Source of the DNA: Balanoglossus misakiensis
Lineage: Eukaryota > Animalia > Hemichordata
Reading direction: 5' to 3'
Assembly: GCA_040954595.2 (NCBI GenBank)
Contig: CM082592.2
Coordinates: forward strand, 4,294,735-4,358,734
DNA: 64,000 bases
The position numbers were made by a program, and so were the translations under genes. The first letter of the stretch is position 1. Every line of letters starts with the position of its first letter. This document shows positions 39,101 to 52,978 of the stretch, in pieces. A model generated the notes under the pieces. It was given only the letters and a program-made list of their open reading frames with translations, did no database searches and was not told where the DNA came from.

Positions 39101-41561
39101 GGCGGCGTACTTAGCGGTGTTCATAGAGCGCCGATACAAAAAGACGGAAAATAGAAACGGCTATATCGCCAGTAGGCGTTTTTCGCTAAATATAATTGCC
39201 AGCTCCAAAATTTGTATGAGCCTTTAGAAAGGCCCGTTTTGATAAAGGTTTGGTTTAGTTTGCTACGGACAGCAAATGAATCGACGCTAATAAAATTAGA
39301 GCACAGAGAAGTGTCTGGCTTCATTGTGGGAGCCAATTTCAGCGGAGGGTATCGCTTCTCATGAAATAGTTGGTTAGTTCTTTTGGTGACCACGATCTCC
39401 CCGTCTATATTGACAGCTGGCAGGGAAGACCGCGGCGGACCATCAAGAATGTCGGTCGTTATATAAAGTTTTTTTTTTCATCTCAGTCCCAGCACAAAAG
39501 GGACTTTTTCACGGGACCCTAAATGGGGAGGGTGTATTCAGAGAGGGTAGTGCTACCCCCACAGTGTATTGAAGTAGCAATTCAGAGGTGTTTTTTCCCA
39601 TTACAATGGGGGGTCTCATGTAGCTTGTTGCAGATTGTACCGAAAGTGGCCACGAAGCCCGTCTTTAAGTGAGTCTGGTGGTCCCTGTCCGGTCATGTAG
39701 GTGGACCACCCTCTGACGTCGGACTTTTCACCGCTGTGAAAGCGACACAAGGGTGAAAAAGAATTCGGAGTAAAAACAAATTTCAATGGTGATATCTAGT
39801 TCAGTTAACGTCCCGCTGAGAGACATTGTACGTGCACCTGTCAATCATCCGCCAAACGACTCTCGTTTCGCGCGCATGGGTAGTAGACGCGTCGGGGTCA
39901 CTCCTCACGACGGCTTTGCGGCGTGCCGTATCGCACGGGTAATTAGTAACAATCGCAACTTCTCCTCCCAGAACATTTCGAGTTTTCTCCAAGATGGCCC
40001 AATAATTTCTTCAACAGCTGCAAGATTAGAATAACAATGTGTTAGAAGAGGGTTTGATGGGGGTAATAAAGGAGGGAAGCAAGTGAAAGGGGGCCAGCCG
40101 GTTACAATGGGACCAATAAGCAAATGTGTCCAGTACGGTGAGCCGTGTAGTGTACCGGGCATTGTTCCCCCAATGTACCTATACAAATCTATGTACAAAA
40201 CGAGCGATTTATATGTAAAGCCGTGTCTCCGTGAATACACACCGTCTTAATTGAACAAGACATTGCTTGACACATGCATTGCTCTCGTTAGTGGACGTAG
40301 CGGCCGCATGCGGTGCAATTTGAACTGTTCAACCAACCGACGTATCCCAGCCGCCATCTCTATACACACGCCAGGCAAGGATTGCCCCCCGAAATTGGAC
40401 AAAACGGTCTGCGATTGTGCTGTGTGCTGTGCTGCGAGGGTTTCGCCGAACACCGAGATGGCGGGAGAAGAACTTTCTTCGGTGACTGTCCTGCTCCAAG
40501 GTATCCGCCGTCCAGGTCGGATGAGGAATTGCCTAGCAATTGGGGTAAACCCTCTTACAAAAGTTTACTTTCTACTTAAGGATGCTTATGTTTGTTCACC
40601 GTGGCTAATGTGTGTGAAATCTGTTTGTTTAGTCCGCACTTGAAAGCTATGTTCGCACCTACCCGTATATACTAGTAGCTCGCACTCAAGATTTGCTTCG
40701 TCAGAAAAAAACACACAAACAGAATCAATCAACGTGCTCATCCCAACATGCGGTTTTCACGACTTCCGAAACAAAAAAAAATAACTAGCGAGTTTGAAAA
40801 GAGAGGGTGTCTACGACCGCCATTCATTGGTTTATTCGTTCATTCATTTACTTGTGTGACTGTATATATAATGCCGTCATCGGTCGACACCACGTTATAA
40901 CTGTTCTAGCTTGCTCCACGCGTATCCACTCAGGATGATGCACTGTGGAAATGCCTCCACTAGACGGCCATATGTCTACCGCCATCTTCTCCGCTTGAGC
41001 TTTACTGCTGGTGGGTGTACTTAAACATTTCGATCGTATGCTTTTCGTACTTCTATCGGTTTTCTTTTTTTTCAATTTCTCCTTTCTTTGTGAACTGTCT
41101 GTTTAAATTTGCACCGTGTCCTTCAGATGGTGTCGAACAAAGCACGTCAGCGCGATTGAAGTGCTATTGGACACAAGGTGAGATAGCGATAATTTCCTCG
41201 ACAGATTATTATTGTGGTCAGTAGAAATTCCATCATTCCACGATTTTTTTTGGTACACCTGTTATGTCGCTGTGACCCCCCGAAGCCACCGGAAAATTAC
41301 TGGGAAGGAGTGTCTGAGCAAATTCTTGTGTTTGATTTCCAAATGATTTCAGCTCGAGGTGGCTTGGACAATGATGGTGTTTGTGCCCATTCTCTTTGGA
41401 CAATTTGGGCGGTCTATTGTGTGAGCGACATGTGAAGTCTGCCGTAGAACCACCACGCAGGCTATAATGTGCACCAGCCCGTTCACATCCACGCACACGC
41501 AGACACAGCCTACATATACACTGCCGCCTCTCATGCACACTCACACACACAGTGTAAATTG

Positions 41562-41644
41562 CGTCCCTTCTGTTGGAACGGAAATCTCGCCTAATCGTGA
41601 TCAAATCTCAGATCGGTGGGACTTTCGTTCGTTTGGAAGGGACG
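41562..41644 (+). ncRNA. mir-278: miR-278 precursor hairpin; mature 3p arm 41613-41634 TCGGTGGGACTTTCGTTCGTTT
   Basis: The 22-mer matches miR-278 as I recall it (Drosophila UCGGUGGGACUUUCGUCCGUUU, one difference). It lies in the 3' arm of a long fold-back (CGTCCCTTC pairs with GAAGGGACG; GAACGGAAATCTCGCC pairs with GGTGGGACTTTCGTTC). Basal UG at 41560, apical GUG at 41597, and CNNC at 41651 (17 nt after the 3' end). Confidence 0.93.
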
Positions 41645-44600
41645 ACTCCACGGCCAAAACGTCGCAGCGGATTGTTTGATCCGCCGCCGCCTTCACAAGT
41701 TCCAAAAAAAGCCTCATCGAAGATCTGTAGACAGTTAGAGAATAGTCGATGGCATATACACGTGTAAGGGATATGTCGCTTATCGACCTACGATGCAGAT
41801 GGCGCCGGGATCTTTTCGGGCGTCCTCTGATTCCCGCCCCTTTTTTTACCCCGGTCAGCAGAGAGGTGCAGATTCCGTCGGCCCTTAAAATCTTAGCCGT
41901 GGTGCTCCTCGGTGGCCAGAATCGGAGTCCATGAGTGCCGAGCGAAGGAGGCAGAACCGAGCGAGGGTGACATTTTCCAAGGAAAATGGCGGCACCCCTA
42001 TTCAGCAGACGGTGTGATAGAGACGAGACGCGGTCAGTATAGTCAAAATACTTGCAGATTCAATAGGAGGGGGGTAATTATAGCATGGAGACAGAAAAAT
42101 CCAACAGCAAAAAACTCTCAAAATTGTTTCAATATTCTCGTGGAAAGAAATTATGCGTAAAGAAATTCGCGTTATAAATTGTGCTTAGTCGTTTTAGACC
42201 TGAAATCTTTTTTCCGTGTTTTAACTGTTTTTAAAGTTTTCGATGTATTGATATGTGTGTGTTTTGGCCAAAATATAATATCAGAAAGGCAAAATCTGTT
42301 ACGACCATTCAGTATTTTCCTACTTCAAATTAACTGCGCAAAATATTTCTGTGGTAGGGAGAAATAACAGCCTTAAAAACGACGGAGTTGATACAATGGC
42401 CGAAAATTTAGTTTTATCCTCTGATTTTACCCAGGGACATTTTTCTTATCGTTTTTTTTTTCTCCCAGAGAGTTATATCCGTACTATGATGAGTTTACCA
42501 GAAGATAATGAGCTTACATTTGAAACCAGGGGTTTTGACTCGGGTCAGAAAATTACAATGGAATATAAAATTCAGATGGAATTATGTAGGATTGCCGTGG
42601 AAGTAATTCCTCGGCTAGACACTTACAAATCTTATTCATTCAAAGATGCAGACTTACTCGACACGTTTTTCAAATTCGAACATTTTGAATCCTCACAACT
42701 GCACTGGTTCATAATTTCAATATATTGTAGAAAACATCGCCAAAATTGTTAATAAAAGCGTTCAGTTGTTATTGATGACGCTAATTTTTCGTCACCATTG
42801 CCAAGTTTTTGTCTATTTTGAACATAAATCCGTATGATATTGGCGTATGATAGATGGAATTATCGTGTAATCATTTCTTTTAATTCACTAATTTTCTAGC
42901 ATCAGTTTTTGTTATTATTATGTTAAAACTATGGTGGTGTATGTTCCAGCTTGCAAATGATTATGTGCGGTGTTGGTATGTAGACTAGCAGGATATTTTT
43001 TCTCTCTCTCGTTTTGAAGGTGGGTTACTTGGTCATCATTCCCGGGGTGAGACGGGCAACCGCAAACAATCGTACTAATTTGTTTTGTTGCTGGGACAAT
43101 TGCTTCTCATTAACTCCCAGACACTTTCTTTAATTATGCCCTCCGTGAACGCGAAGGCGAAGAACCCATGCTTGTCAGCGAAAGATCCGCTCTATACCCA
43201 GTTGAAGCGTCGCACACAAGGCTGTGTCTCAGTCTGGCCGTGCTATTGGAATGCCGACGAGTTGTAATTATTCAAACCTTAAAAGAAAAGACAGAAGGAA
43301 CTACTGAGAGAAATTAGCGGCAATACTAAATTATAGACGTACCGGGGAGACGTTTTTTTTTTCAAGATTGCGGCGATAAAGGTCTCCACACAGCTACTTG
43401 TGTTTCTTAAGGCGAGCAAGCCGAGAATAATACACGTATATTTGTTCGGATTAATTACTTTTTCTTTTCTATGTTTTGTCGCTATTCATGTCCGGGTCTC
43501 TTACAGTGACCGTCTTCTTGTGTTTATGGTGTTTCTTTCACTCCCGTTTTTTTTTCCTTTAAAAATGACCTTATTCCGCTGGTACTTTTTGTTTTGCTAC
43601 AGTGGAGGGGTTCTAAGACTCGCCATCAAAAGGGGATAAACCCTGCAGTGTTCAATGGAGCTCCGTCCAGCTCTGAAGATAAAAAAAAAGCGCCAAGCAG
43701 CAATCACATCCCATGTTTTGATAGTGTGCCCAATATCAAAAGGTCGAATGCGCGGGTTTTATGTGTTTCGTCCATCCGTCCAGAAGGATAAAAAAGACCC
43801 TGCTCTCGTAAGGTCGGTGTATCATAGTGCGACAGGCATGTTGTTGTAAATATAGCGCAATGCCCGAAATCCGCGTCGACGGCGTTTCCCGACAGTGAGA
43901 TGGCATTACCAGAATTCCAAATTTAGCGGATTTTTCTTCACATTTGTAAAAAAATTCTGTCGGCTAGGTGTCATTGGGCTAACAGGAATCGGTACCGACG
44001 CAACAGAACCCCGAATTGGGCGCCAGGTCGACGGAGAAATGAGTGTTAAAAATCAAAATCAGACAGTCACAAGCCATCACCGAAGCAAAAAAACATGTCT
44101 TTAATGTACAGAATTGTGGTTTACCACCCGGCCACATTTATAGGAGTACGTCACTCTCGCTTCCCAGCGCAGGGGGGCTTACTGGCGGCCAGTTCACGGA
44201 ATAGGTGTAATTTATTCATGGCTTTCAATGTCGACTTCAGTCTCGACATATATTTTTGGAGTTGAACTATACGGATGCCTTGTGCATTTGCAGAGCGTTC
44301 ATATAATGTCGAGCTTATGCGCCACCGACCGCCATTTTGAAAACAGAAATAAGGTTTGTAACATTTGACCGAGAGCAGTGCTGTCTATTTTTTGTAAAAC
44401 ACTGTCAAGATTTGTCGTTCACCGAATTCATATTTGACCGGGGAGTTTCTCGTTTTACAGCTCAGTGTTTTATCGTAAATACGCCACTGATTCAATGCAA
44501 AAAAGCGGGTCCATTTCGATTTCAAGACACGGAGTTCACACGCACATGAGAGCGTATACAGATGCATGGTGATAGTGGCCTGTGCGACGCGTTCTAGACC

Positions 44601-47600
44601 CACGCTTGGCGTGCGACAATGCGCGCTAACGAGATCTTCTTCGACTTATTGCTTCATGTTAATTAGCGTCTCTATCTTTGCAGATTTTTCAATGTGTTGT
44701 ATACTCTCTAGCCACGTTGTCACCTGTTACGACACACCTCGTGGTCGGAGGTCCGTTCCCCGCGTGTGAAAACATCAAATGAAGAGAGTGGACTCCGCGG
44801 CTATACTCGCGAGGAGCGTGAAGGGAAAGCTAGCGTCATCATCACATGCATGCCGTCGTTTTTCTCTCTCACCTGTTAAATCTCCCCATTACCATGTGTG
44901 ACAGAATCTAGTGTCAGAATCGTGAATTTATGAAGGCGAAATCCCCCGCCGGCTTTCTTTCATCAGCCATATATAGCCACCAAGTAAACACCAACCAGTA
45001 ACGGTGTTTGATTGCATTTATAGTCACGGGTAATCCTTGAATTCGGTTTGTGTCGAACTATACATATATCGACCTCCGATTTTGTGATATTGCCAAGTTT
45101 CCTGTAATCAAGGAAAGAGAAAACAAAGCACGGATCGCAAATCTTAGTAAATATTCTTAAAAAAGCATAATGACTGTATGTGGCTGAATAGATGGCCGTA
45201 GAGGTTTGCTTGAATGTTTCGGATTGAGCGTCCATATTGTGGTCGTCCAGACGACGAATTGAGAGATTGCCGCGCCGCCTAGCGCCTTCTGTCGGCCACT
45301 GAAGTTAGATACCTAAAGTGGATGACAGCATTTTATTATATAATGTACATACAGATATCAAGACGGAAACACCAAAAAAATATTATTATAGTTTCCAAGA
45401 CAAGACCTTCGTCGGTTGACCTAATTTCATAGCCGTGTTCAAGCTTAGAGGTATAGCATATGTTTTGATCGACTGCTCCCAAAATTTGTTCATAATGTTA
45501 TTTTCGCACGGCGTTGATTTTTCGTTTATAATTCATGTGAATGTTATAAACGAAATCTTTCTTCAATATCCGAAACGCAGACACATGAATCCTTGTTGAG
45601 TGTGTTTACGACCTGGACACAAATTTTCGGTCATTCAACATCAGTGCTAGACAATCCAATCGCTCAAATTCCAGTAATCGTGTATCCGTCAACAAAACAG
45701 CAGAATATGGTAGGGATTATCCGGTAACTAGAAGCAATGCTCGCCATCTAGTGTAATTTCTCAAGAGCTAGTCTCTATCGTCGTCTCGACCTTTGCCAAC
45801 CATGATGTTGCATATTGTTTTGCTATCGTATCTTTGCTCTCTGGACTGTTTTGATAAAAATGAATGGCGGTAAACGGAGTAGTGATTCAGCTTTTGTCGA
45901 ACAAAATAACTGTATATAAGAATGACTCAAAACTGCGGGGATTGAGTCGCCAAGCTAGCGCCCCAAAATTTGGTAGAGGGTCTAAAACGAATCCACCGGT
46001 ACAAGCAGTGGATCCCATTCGTATAATATTGTACAATAATTGGCACATCTAAATTGTGCTCATCAAACTCTCAGAATTGTGGACGGCCGTCAAAAATTCT
46101 TTAATCGTTGTCTACCCGTGGACATGTCGTGTCGTATACAAGTCGTTTGGTAGCTTTGAATGATTTGCATACTCTGTCTCGTCTTCGTCGGTTTATATTG
46201 TCGCCATCTTTTCTGTAATATACCAGACCGGTTCCATCCCGCGGAGAGGCACAAAAGTCCGGCGACAAAGGCTGTTGGGTCGGTCGAACTGTCCCTTTTA
46301 TATGAACGATACACGTGCAATAGAAGGTGTTGTATAAAACGCTCAGAAATCCTCGCTCTGCTATCGCATTCGCAAATATTTCTCCGTGTGTATATATTTT
46401 GTCGATATGCAATCACGGACTAGGAGATGATATATTTTTTTAAACAAGGAAATAATCTGTTCACGTAAAAATGATTGAAACCCGCGTCTGTTTGCGGTGT
46501 AACAGTTGTACAGGTCCCGGCAGCGTGTATTCGGCACCGCCTGTACACACCGTGGAGCGCCGCCGCATTCATCAGTGATTCCGCCACGTGGGGATGAGCG
46601 GTCGTGACTTTTTGGACACTACAAGACATTTGCGCGCTCTCTGGAGATGGCGCGCTTTGAAACCGGGCAGCTTCGGTTCCTTTGGCGCGTTCGACTTTTG
46701 ATAATCGCCGATGTTTAGGTTTACATTGTGACACAGAGCCCGGCTAAATTGGGGCCTGGCACCCTAGGGGAAGCGCGGAGTCGACACACCAAAGGCGAAA
46801 AGAAAAGGCGGCCGAATTCCTACTGGGAAGCCGGCAGCTGTGGACCTGTGCTTCTCCTATACCTCAACCCCTCCCCAATGTTTTTCTTCTACCCCCCCCC
46901 CCCTTTCTGTGACAGCTGCTCTCGGCCATGCAAATTGACATTATTTCAACGCCACCCGAGAAAAAAAGTGTGTTGTTTTAATTTTTATTCCAGAAAGTAA
47001 AGCCCATTTGGATATTCATTTTTAACTAACACAAAATCCTGATATTTCCCTGATGTGAAAAGACAGCTCGTCATGAATTCTATCAAGTTGAATTCAACCC
47101 AACCCAAGTAAACACCACATGCGTTACAATTATGGATTTTAAAATAATTTCAAGAAGTTAATTGCACGTTGAACTTACTATTTCGTCGACAAAAAAAAAT
47201 CAGAACGAAAATATCCAGTTCTGAACAAAATATATGAGGCCCAAATGTGATACTTACCTGTTCGTTCCACCTTTACTATTTCTAGTTTACTACACGAATC
47301 GTTCGAAAATCGGATCTTAGTCTGTAAGAAATTGTGATTTTTCACATAAACTTTACTTCGATCAGTATTTTTTGCAATATTTGAGTAGACAAGGTATATA
47401 AACTGGACACCAAACCAGAAAGCAAAACACCGGAACAAACAAATTGTTGGCACCCTTGTATGGATGGGTGATGTATTATTCAGGGTAATTTAAATTCAGT
47501 TGTCTGGGTTGAACTTCATACTATCATTCAACGATCCAGACTTTTATAACAACAGTGCTAAAACTGCAGTCGGGGAGTGGATAAGAATATATCAGTTAAT

Positions 47601-49244
47601 AATGTTTTTGTCTTCCTGGTCGATTAGTTATAAGATTATGCCTACGAAATGGATAAAATTCGTGATTTTTTTCCTGGGAGTGTCAGATTAATACTGTTCT
47701 GCTATGACATTCTTAGTATGGAAAAAACAACCTGGCTTTTCTGTAAGCTTATGCCATAAACAGCAAACTAGTCCACTTTATGAGCCTTTTTGGACATGAC
47801 AAAAAATTCAAAAATTCGTTCAGGGTAGGTCCCACGCGTCTCTAAGATGTCGGTCGCATTCCTGACCCACTTATTTGCAGTACGTGTATGTTCCCCTCAC
47901 AATATGCAAATGTCGAGCTCATTCGCAGCGCAGCTTTGGATAGAAACCATAGTAATTACGCGATAATCAAACGCATTAGTTGCAACGAGACTTGCAGCTG
48001 AAGCCCCCAAGTGCCACGGGAAATAATCTACAAAAATTGAAACGGCGCGTAGTTCGCGGAAAATACCGGGTCACGTTCAATTACCAGGCACAAGAAACCT
48101 TAAAAGTATTTACACGAATTTATATCTTCTTTTTTCATATTATATGGATTTTTTTTTGAAAAAAATCAAACAATTGATGTGTTATACTTTGAATCAGGAC
48201 GTCAACATGTCTGCTTGCCTATCATCTATCTTGGATTACGTTAGAATTAATTTCTAACCGGGCATAATACGCGGCGTGCATTATCCAGTTTGTGATTCAT
48301 ATATGTCAATTTCATCATCACATCCCCGGTGCGTCACCCATACCTAATCGCCAGAGATTCTCTGCCTTCTAATTAAACCCCTGGAAACAATAATCATTAA
48401 TGTGTATCTCTTCACACTTCTGTTAATTATAGGCAGGGTCGGATAATTATTTCTATTGTCTGCGGATGAATGCACTTATTGTTGTACTGGAGACGCGGGT
48501 TTTTTGTTTTAAGGACTCCACTTCGGGTTTCCACGCCTATTTTGTTTGTAACGGCTTCTTGGGGTTTAATGCCTTTCAACGTCGCGTCTTCGGTCCGCCG
48601 ACTTCTGCCTGTCAAACTATTCGGGCAGACTGAGAGTGTCTTAAAGGGCACTTAGACAAAAAAGAGACATTTTATGATTTATTTTCTTCACGAAAGGCGA
48701 TTCCACTCCAGTGAATATGCAGTGTTATATCAAAATGAACTTTCGTCTACAAGCATATTATTGTATCGCAAACCGAGTTTTCAATACGAAGCTCCATGCT
48801 CACCGTAATCCTGGAAATGGTATGATTTGGAGTAACCGTCACTGCTTCCAAAGTAAATCAAAATGGGAGAGTTCGTTGACTTTTGATATTTACGCGATAG
48901 TCCATCTTAAAATTAAACCACAGAAGGCCGCGTACATACAGGGCTTTGCTTCGGCTTGATATGTTGGGAACGTTTTTTCCCCCCATCTACCTATATAGCC
49001 GCTCACTTCTGATGACTTTGACTCGAGGAAAAATTCCGATGTGAACTTAAATAATGGTCGCTATTCAAACACCACAAAATGTCTTAAATATTTCAAAGCG
49101 ATTTAAAGTGTTCTTAACCCGTTTCCCCAAAAAACACCATCACCTATCTGAAGCCAAGGCCGATGCCTGAATGATCAATGAGCAAATTTCAGTCGGTATA
49201 CCTGCATAACGCTCGAACTCAGGCGTCTAGCAAAGATAGCCACG

Positions 49245-49553
49245 TGTAATTTCTGAAACCATGGCCAAAACGAATTCATTGCTTCGCGTTCGTTATAGAT
49301 GAGGGTTTTTTCAAAGGTCATTGATGCTGGGTTGAATGATATGCCATGAGTGTGGCATGGCGAGTTTTGCGGGTCCTCACTGAGGGTCAAATAAAGATAC
49401 CTCTAAATATACCGTTTATTACCACAGTAATGCATTCTGTGCTGTAATTTCTGAAAACATGGCCAAAATTAATTCACAGTATTCGTGTTCCTGTGTTCGT
49501 TAAGATGAGGTTTTTCCAACGGTTATTGGAGCCAGTTTGAATAACACACCATG
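49245..49553. repeat. Diverged ~105-bp direct duplication (49245-49348 and 49443-49553)
   Basis: TGTAATTTCTGAAA(C/A)CATGGCCAAAA...GATGAGG...TTGAAT...CCATG occurs twice. Confidence 0.75.
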
Positions 49554-52479
49554 TACGAATGTGGTCATATTTTGGTGGTCATTATGTATGTTCAGATGCA
49601 GAGTCCATCCTTAAGTATACCGTTGCCGAAGTCCTGCACATGCTGATAGAAACTACTCGGTGATGAACTAGGGCTGGAGAGCTGGTCCACAAATTGCGGT
49701 AGTTGTGTCAATTCCGCGCGAGTCTTTCCCGAAATGGCGACTACTATAGTTAAATTTGTAAAAATCGGAAAAAACATTGCATGGCTGTATAAAAAAAAGA
49801 GTATTTCAATCTTTTAAAACATGGCGCCTTTACTTCTAGCCTGTGGATACTCGCACCATGTATCTAACGAAATGTTAAAAATAATATCGTGTGAAATAGT
49901 TATTTTTAAAAATTCCGGTATGGATGCTTTGTGTTGTTGTAGATAGGATCAATAGCTGTTTTCATGTAAAATTTTCCCGAGAAATCTAGCTTTGCAAACT
50001 CCATATGCCTCCGAGATGATTGCATACTTTAGGGGCGATTTTTCCTGCCATGGAAGAAAGACGTGTCCGTGGACAGGCTTCTTCACAATCGGTATATTTG
50101 TCACACTGACGTCTTTTCAGATTCCGAAGGTGAATTCAACAGTTAAGACAACTACATGCCCGAGATTTCAATCACGACGTTGAATAGAACCGTGTCGGAT
50201 TTACTGGAAGTTCAAGGTAGTGTGAACACCTCCAAATAATGCCAGTTGGCACTCCCCTTAATTTTGAGAATAGTTTCGTTACAGGGGATAGACGTTTCAT
50301 TTTGTGGCTGGGTGGGAAAAAAAACGACGCGTTCGGGAACGGAGACGTCATCGCATTCACCGAGAGAGAGAGAGAAGGTCCGCAGCGATACGCAAGCCAG
50401 GTTTTGACGCGGTCATGGAGCGAAATAATTGAGCATGTGTCAGCCCATACTAAAGTCCAGCCCCTTAACTTGTAGTAAGACAAACGCGTGACAGACTGTA
50501 ATGAGAAAGGCGGATCTCGTCAATAAACGGATTTCTATGGATGCACACAGTTTCCCCCCTCTCAAAAAAAAAACTGAGCCGTCTTTGTAATTTAGGGCCG
50601 CCTTCGAGTTACCCCTCACACCATATTGTGTCCCCGGCACAATTGCGGTCCTTCCGATTTCTGCAAAAACAGCGAAGCGTGAATAATGCGACAACAGTGG
50701 AGTTTCACGCTAGTTTTGGCGCATCCAAAAACTTAGATTAGAGGATTACCACGTCGTGTCCTGGGTCGTGGCGCATTCGTAAGTACTATCACGAAAAAGC
50801 TGTGTGTGTGAAAATGTCGTTTAAAACCCCCCAAGAATCGAGACAGTAAAAATGTCCCAAAAGTGAACAAAATGGCGTCCGTCTATTACTGACTGAATTC
50901 ATGACCAGCTCGAAATTCTCACACAAATCTTCTAAAATATTTGGTCAGGCAAGGCAGATACTACAGAAGTCCCTACCGTAACAATAATTGTAGATTTTAC
51001 AAGATGGTCAACATTATGTTTCATGGCGAAAACAGACAACCGTACAAATCCGCCACTGTTTGAGTCAAAATTCGATGTAATGACCGACTGTTCGATGCAA
51101 CATTCGATGTATGGAATTTAATGAGAAAGCTCGTTATCTGTCGAGGCGATTTCGAAAAGTGCGAGAGTCGCATTGATTTCTTTTTCTCCAGACTTGGAAG
51201 AAATTAAAACACGATTGCCAAAATGTTGCAAATGCTGTCGGTGAAACGATTAAGTTGGAGTTAAAGTTTCGACAATAGTGATTCCCTAAGAAGTTGCCTA
51301 CAAAGATTTTCCTTCACGTCTCTCTCTTCTAAACTCTTTCCCCCTCTCTGTGTTTCTGTCTCTCTTTCTGTGTCCCTGTCTCTCTTTCTGTCTCTCTCAT
51401 GAACTTTCCTAGCGACCTATACTTACATTATTTGTCCGCAAATAATCGCCTAAAATATGCCATGAATTTTCAATATTTGCTTTTGACTTTCACAGAAATG
51501 CCACGTCGATGCCTGGGCAAGTATAACAATAACACCGGCCAGATACCTTAACCCCAAAGTGTATCTCGATTACTCAGTTGAAAATTAACTTACATTTCTT
51601 TTCCACCTCGTGACAAAAAAGCAGATCGTAGAATACCGCGATATGGGAGTTTTATACGAAATAATATACGGTTTCATCTGCTTAAAGCCATCCGAATGCT
51701 TTAATCCTCAGGATTAACGAGAGAAATTCACATAATAAGCCATATTTCTCAGTTCTCATTTGCTTTATACCGAAATCAATCTATTTGCTACTTGCATTGT
51801 TTTTTTTATTTCAAACCACAAATTTTAGACTGAAAAGCCTGTTCCAAATTTTTATCGGGGATCTGAATACGGTCATATAAATCTTTGTTGTGGAATCTTC
51901 AAACAGTGAAAATTGGTAAATATCATTTTAGACCTGGCGGTTTTCCCAATTAATTAGGAAAACGTTCTCGAATTCCACACATTAATCTGTATTGTATTGT
52001 TTACTCTTTGGCCCCCGGCAAAATGTTAAATTGTTAACGACACCGTGTTTGTTAAACACCAGAACGGACCGAAGCGTTGGACCGTCCGGGCATCGTCGTG
52101 AACGTTCCGCCGGACGTATATACCCACACCTTTCGTTGTTTTGATTTTCCCGCCTTTGCAATTTTCAGAAATGCTTAAACAAAAAAACAAAATGCGACCA
52201 CACACGCAGATACTGACAAGAACTGTGCAGGTTTTTTGGTCACAGAAAACAAAGGATGTTACAGTGTCTGGACGGGTTTGTTATACATGTATCGTCATCC
52301 CAGTCTGTTTTCACTAATTGCTCATATACAGAAGAAAATTATTTCACAGCGATACATTTTGTTTAAAATTGAAGCTTCCAGAAGAAACCCAAATATTGCT
52401 TACATCCAAGGTTTCGTTTTAAACGATGCTTGACACAATTTTTCAAGGACATGTACAACTACAAGAAGTAGAAATCTTA

Positions 52480-52978
52480 GGGTGCAACTGAGAATTTCAA
52501 AATGTATATTTTTTCTACCTTTGATGAATTTCTAACAATTCGTGTATCACATTGTACGATGCTTCGTACCGTTCGATACTTCTTCGAGGTAAAACTTGTC
52601 GATGCAGGTAGAAAAATCGCAACGTGCTGGCGACAGATATTAGTAGACGCTCGCGAAGGTCATAGACATTTTTATATTTTGTTTCAAAGCCTTCTCCATG
52701 CAGTCAACGGCCTTGCATCTAATTCATTGTGGGCATGCAGACGGCAAACGACCACGCCGTGGGGGTTCATTGTGCAGGTATTTCAGAAACCCAGTCAAAG
52801 CAAAACAAAACATAAGAAAAAGAAAGAACGAAATCACCGAGGGTGCCACTGAGAATTGGCAAAATGTATAATATATTTTTACTTCTGATGAATTTTAAAA
52901 ATATATCGCATTGAACGATGCTTTGTATACCGTTCCATACTTTTTCGTACGGTGGTAAAATCTTGTCGATGTAGGTAG
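52480..52978. repeat. Diverged ~135-bp direct duplication (52480-52611 and 52841-52978)
   Basis: GGGTGC.ACTGAGAATT...TGATGAATTT...CGATGCTT...CTTGTCGATG.AGGTAG occurs twice. Confidence 0.75.
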
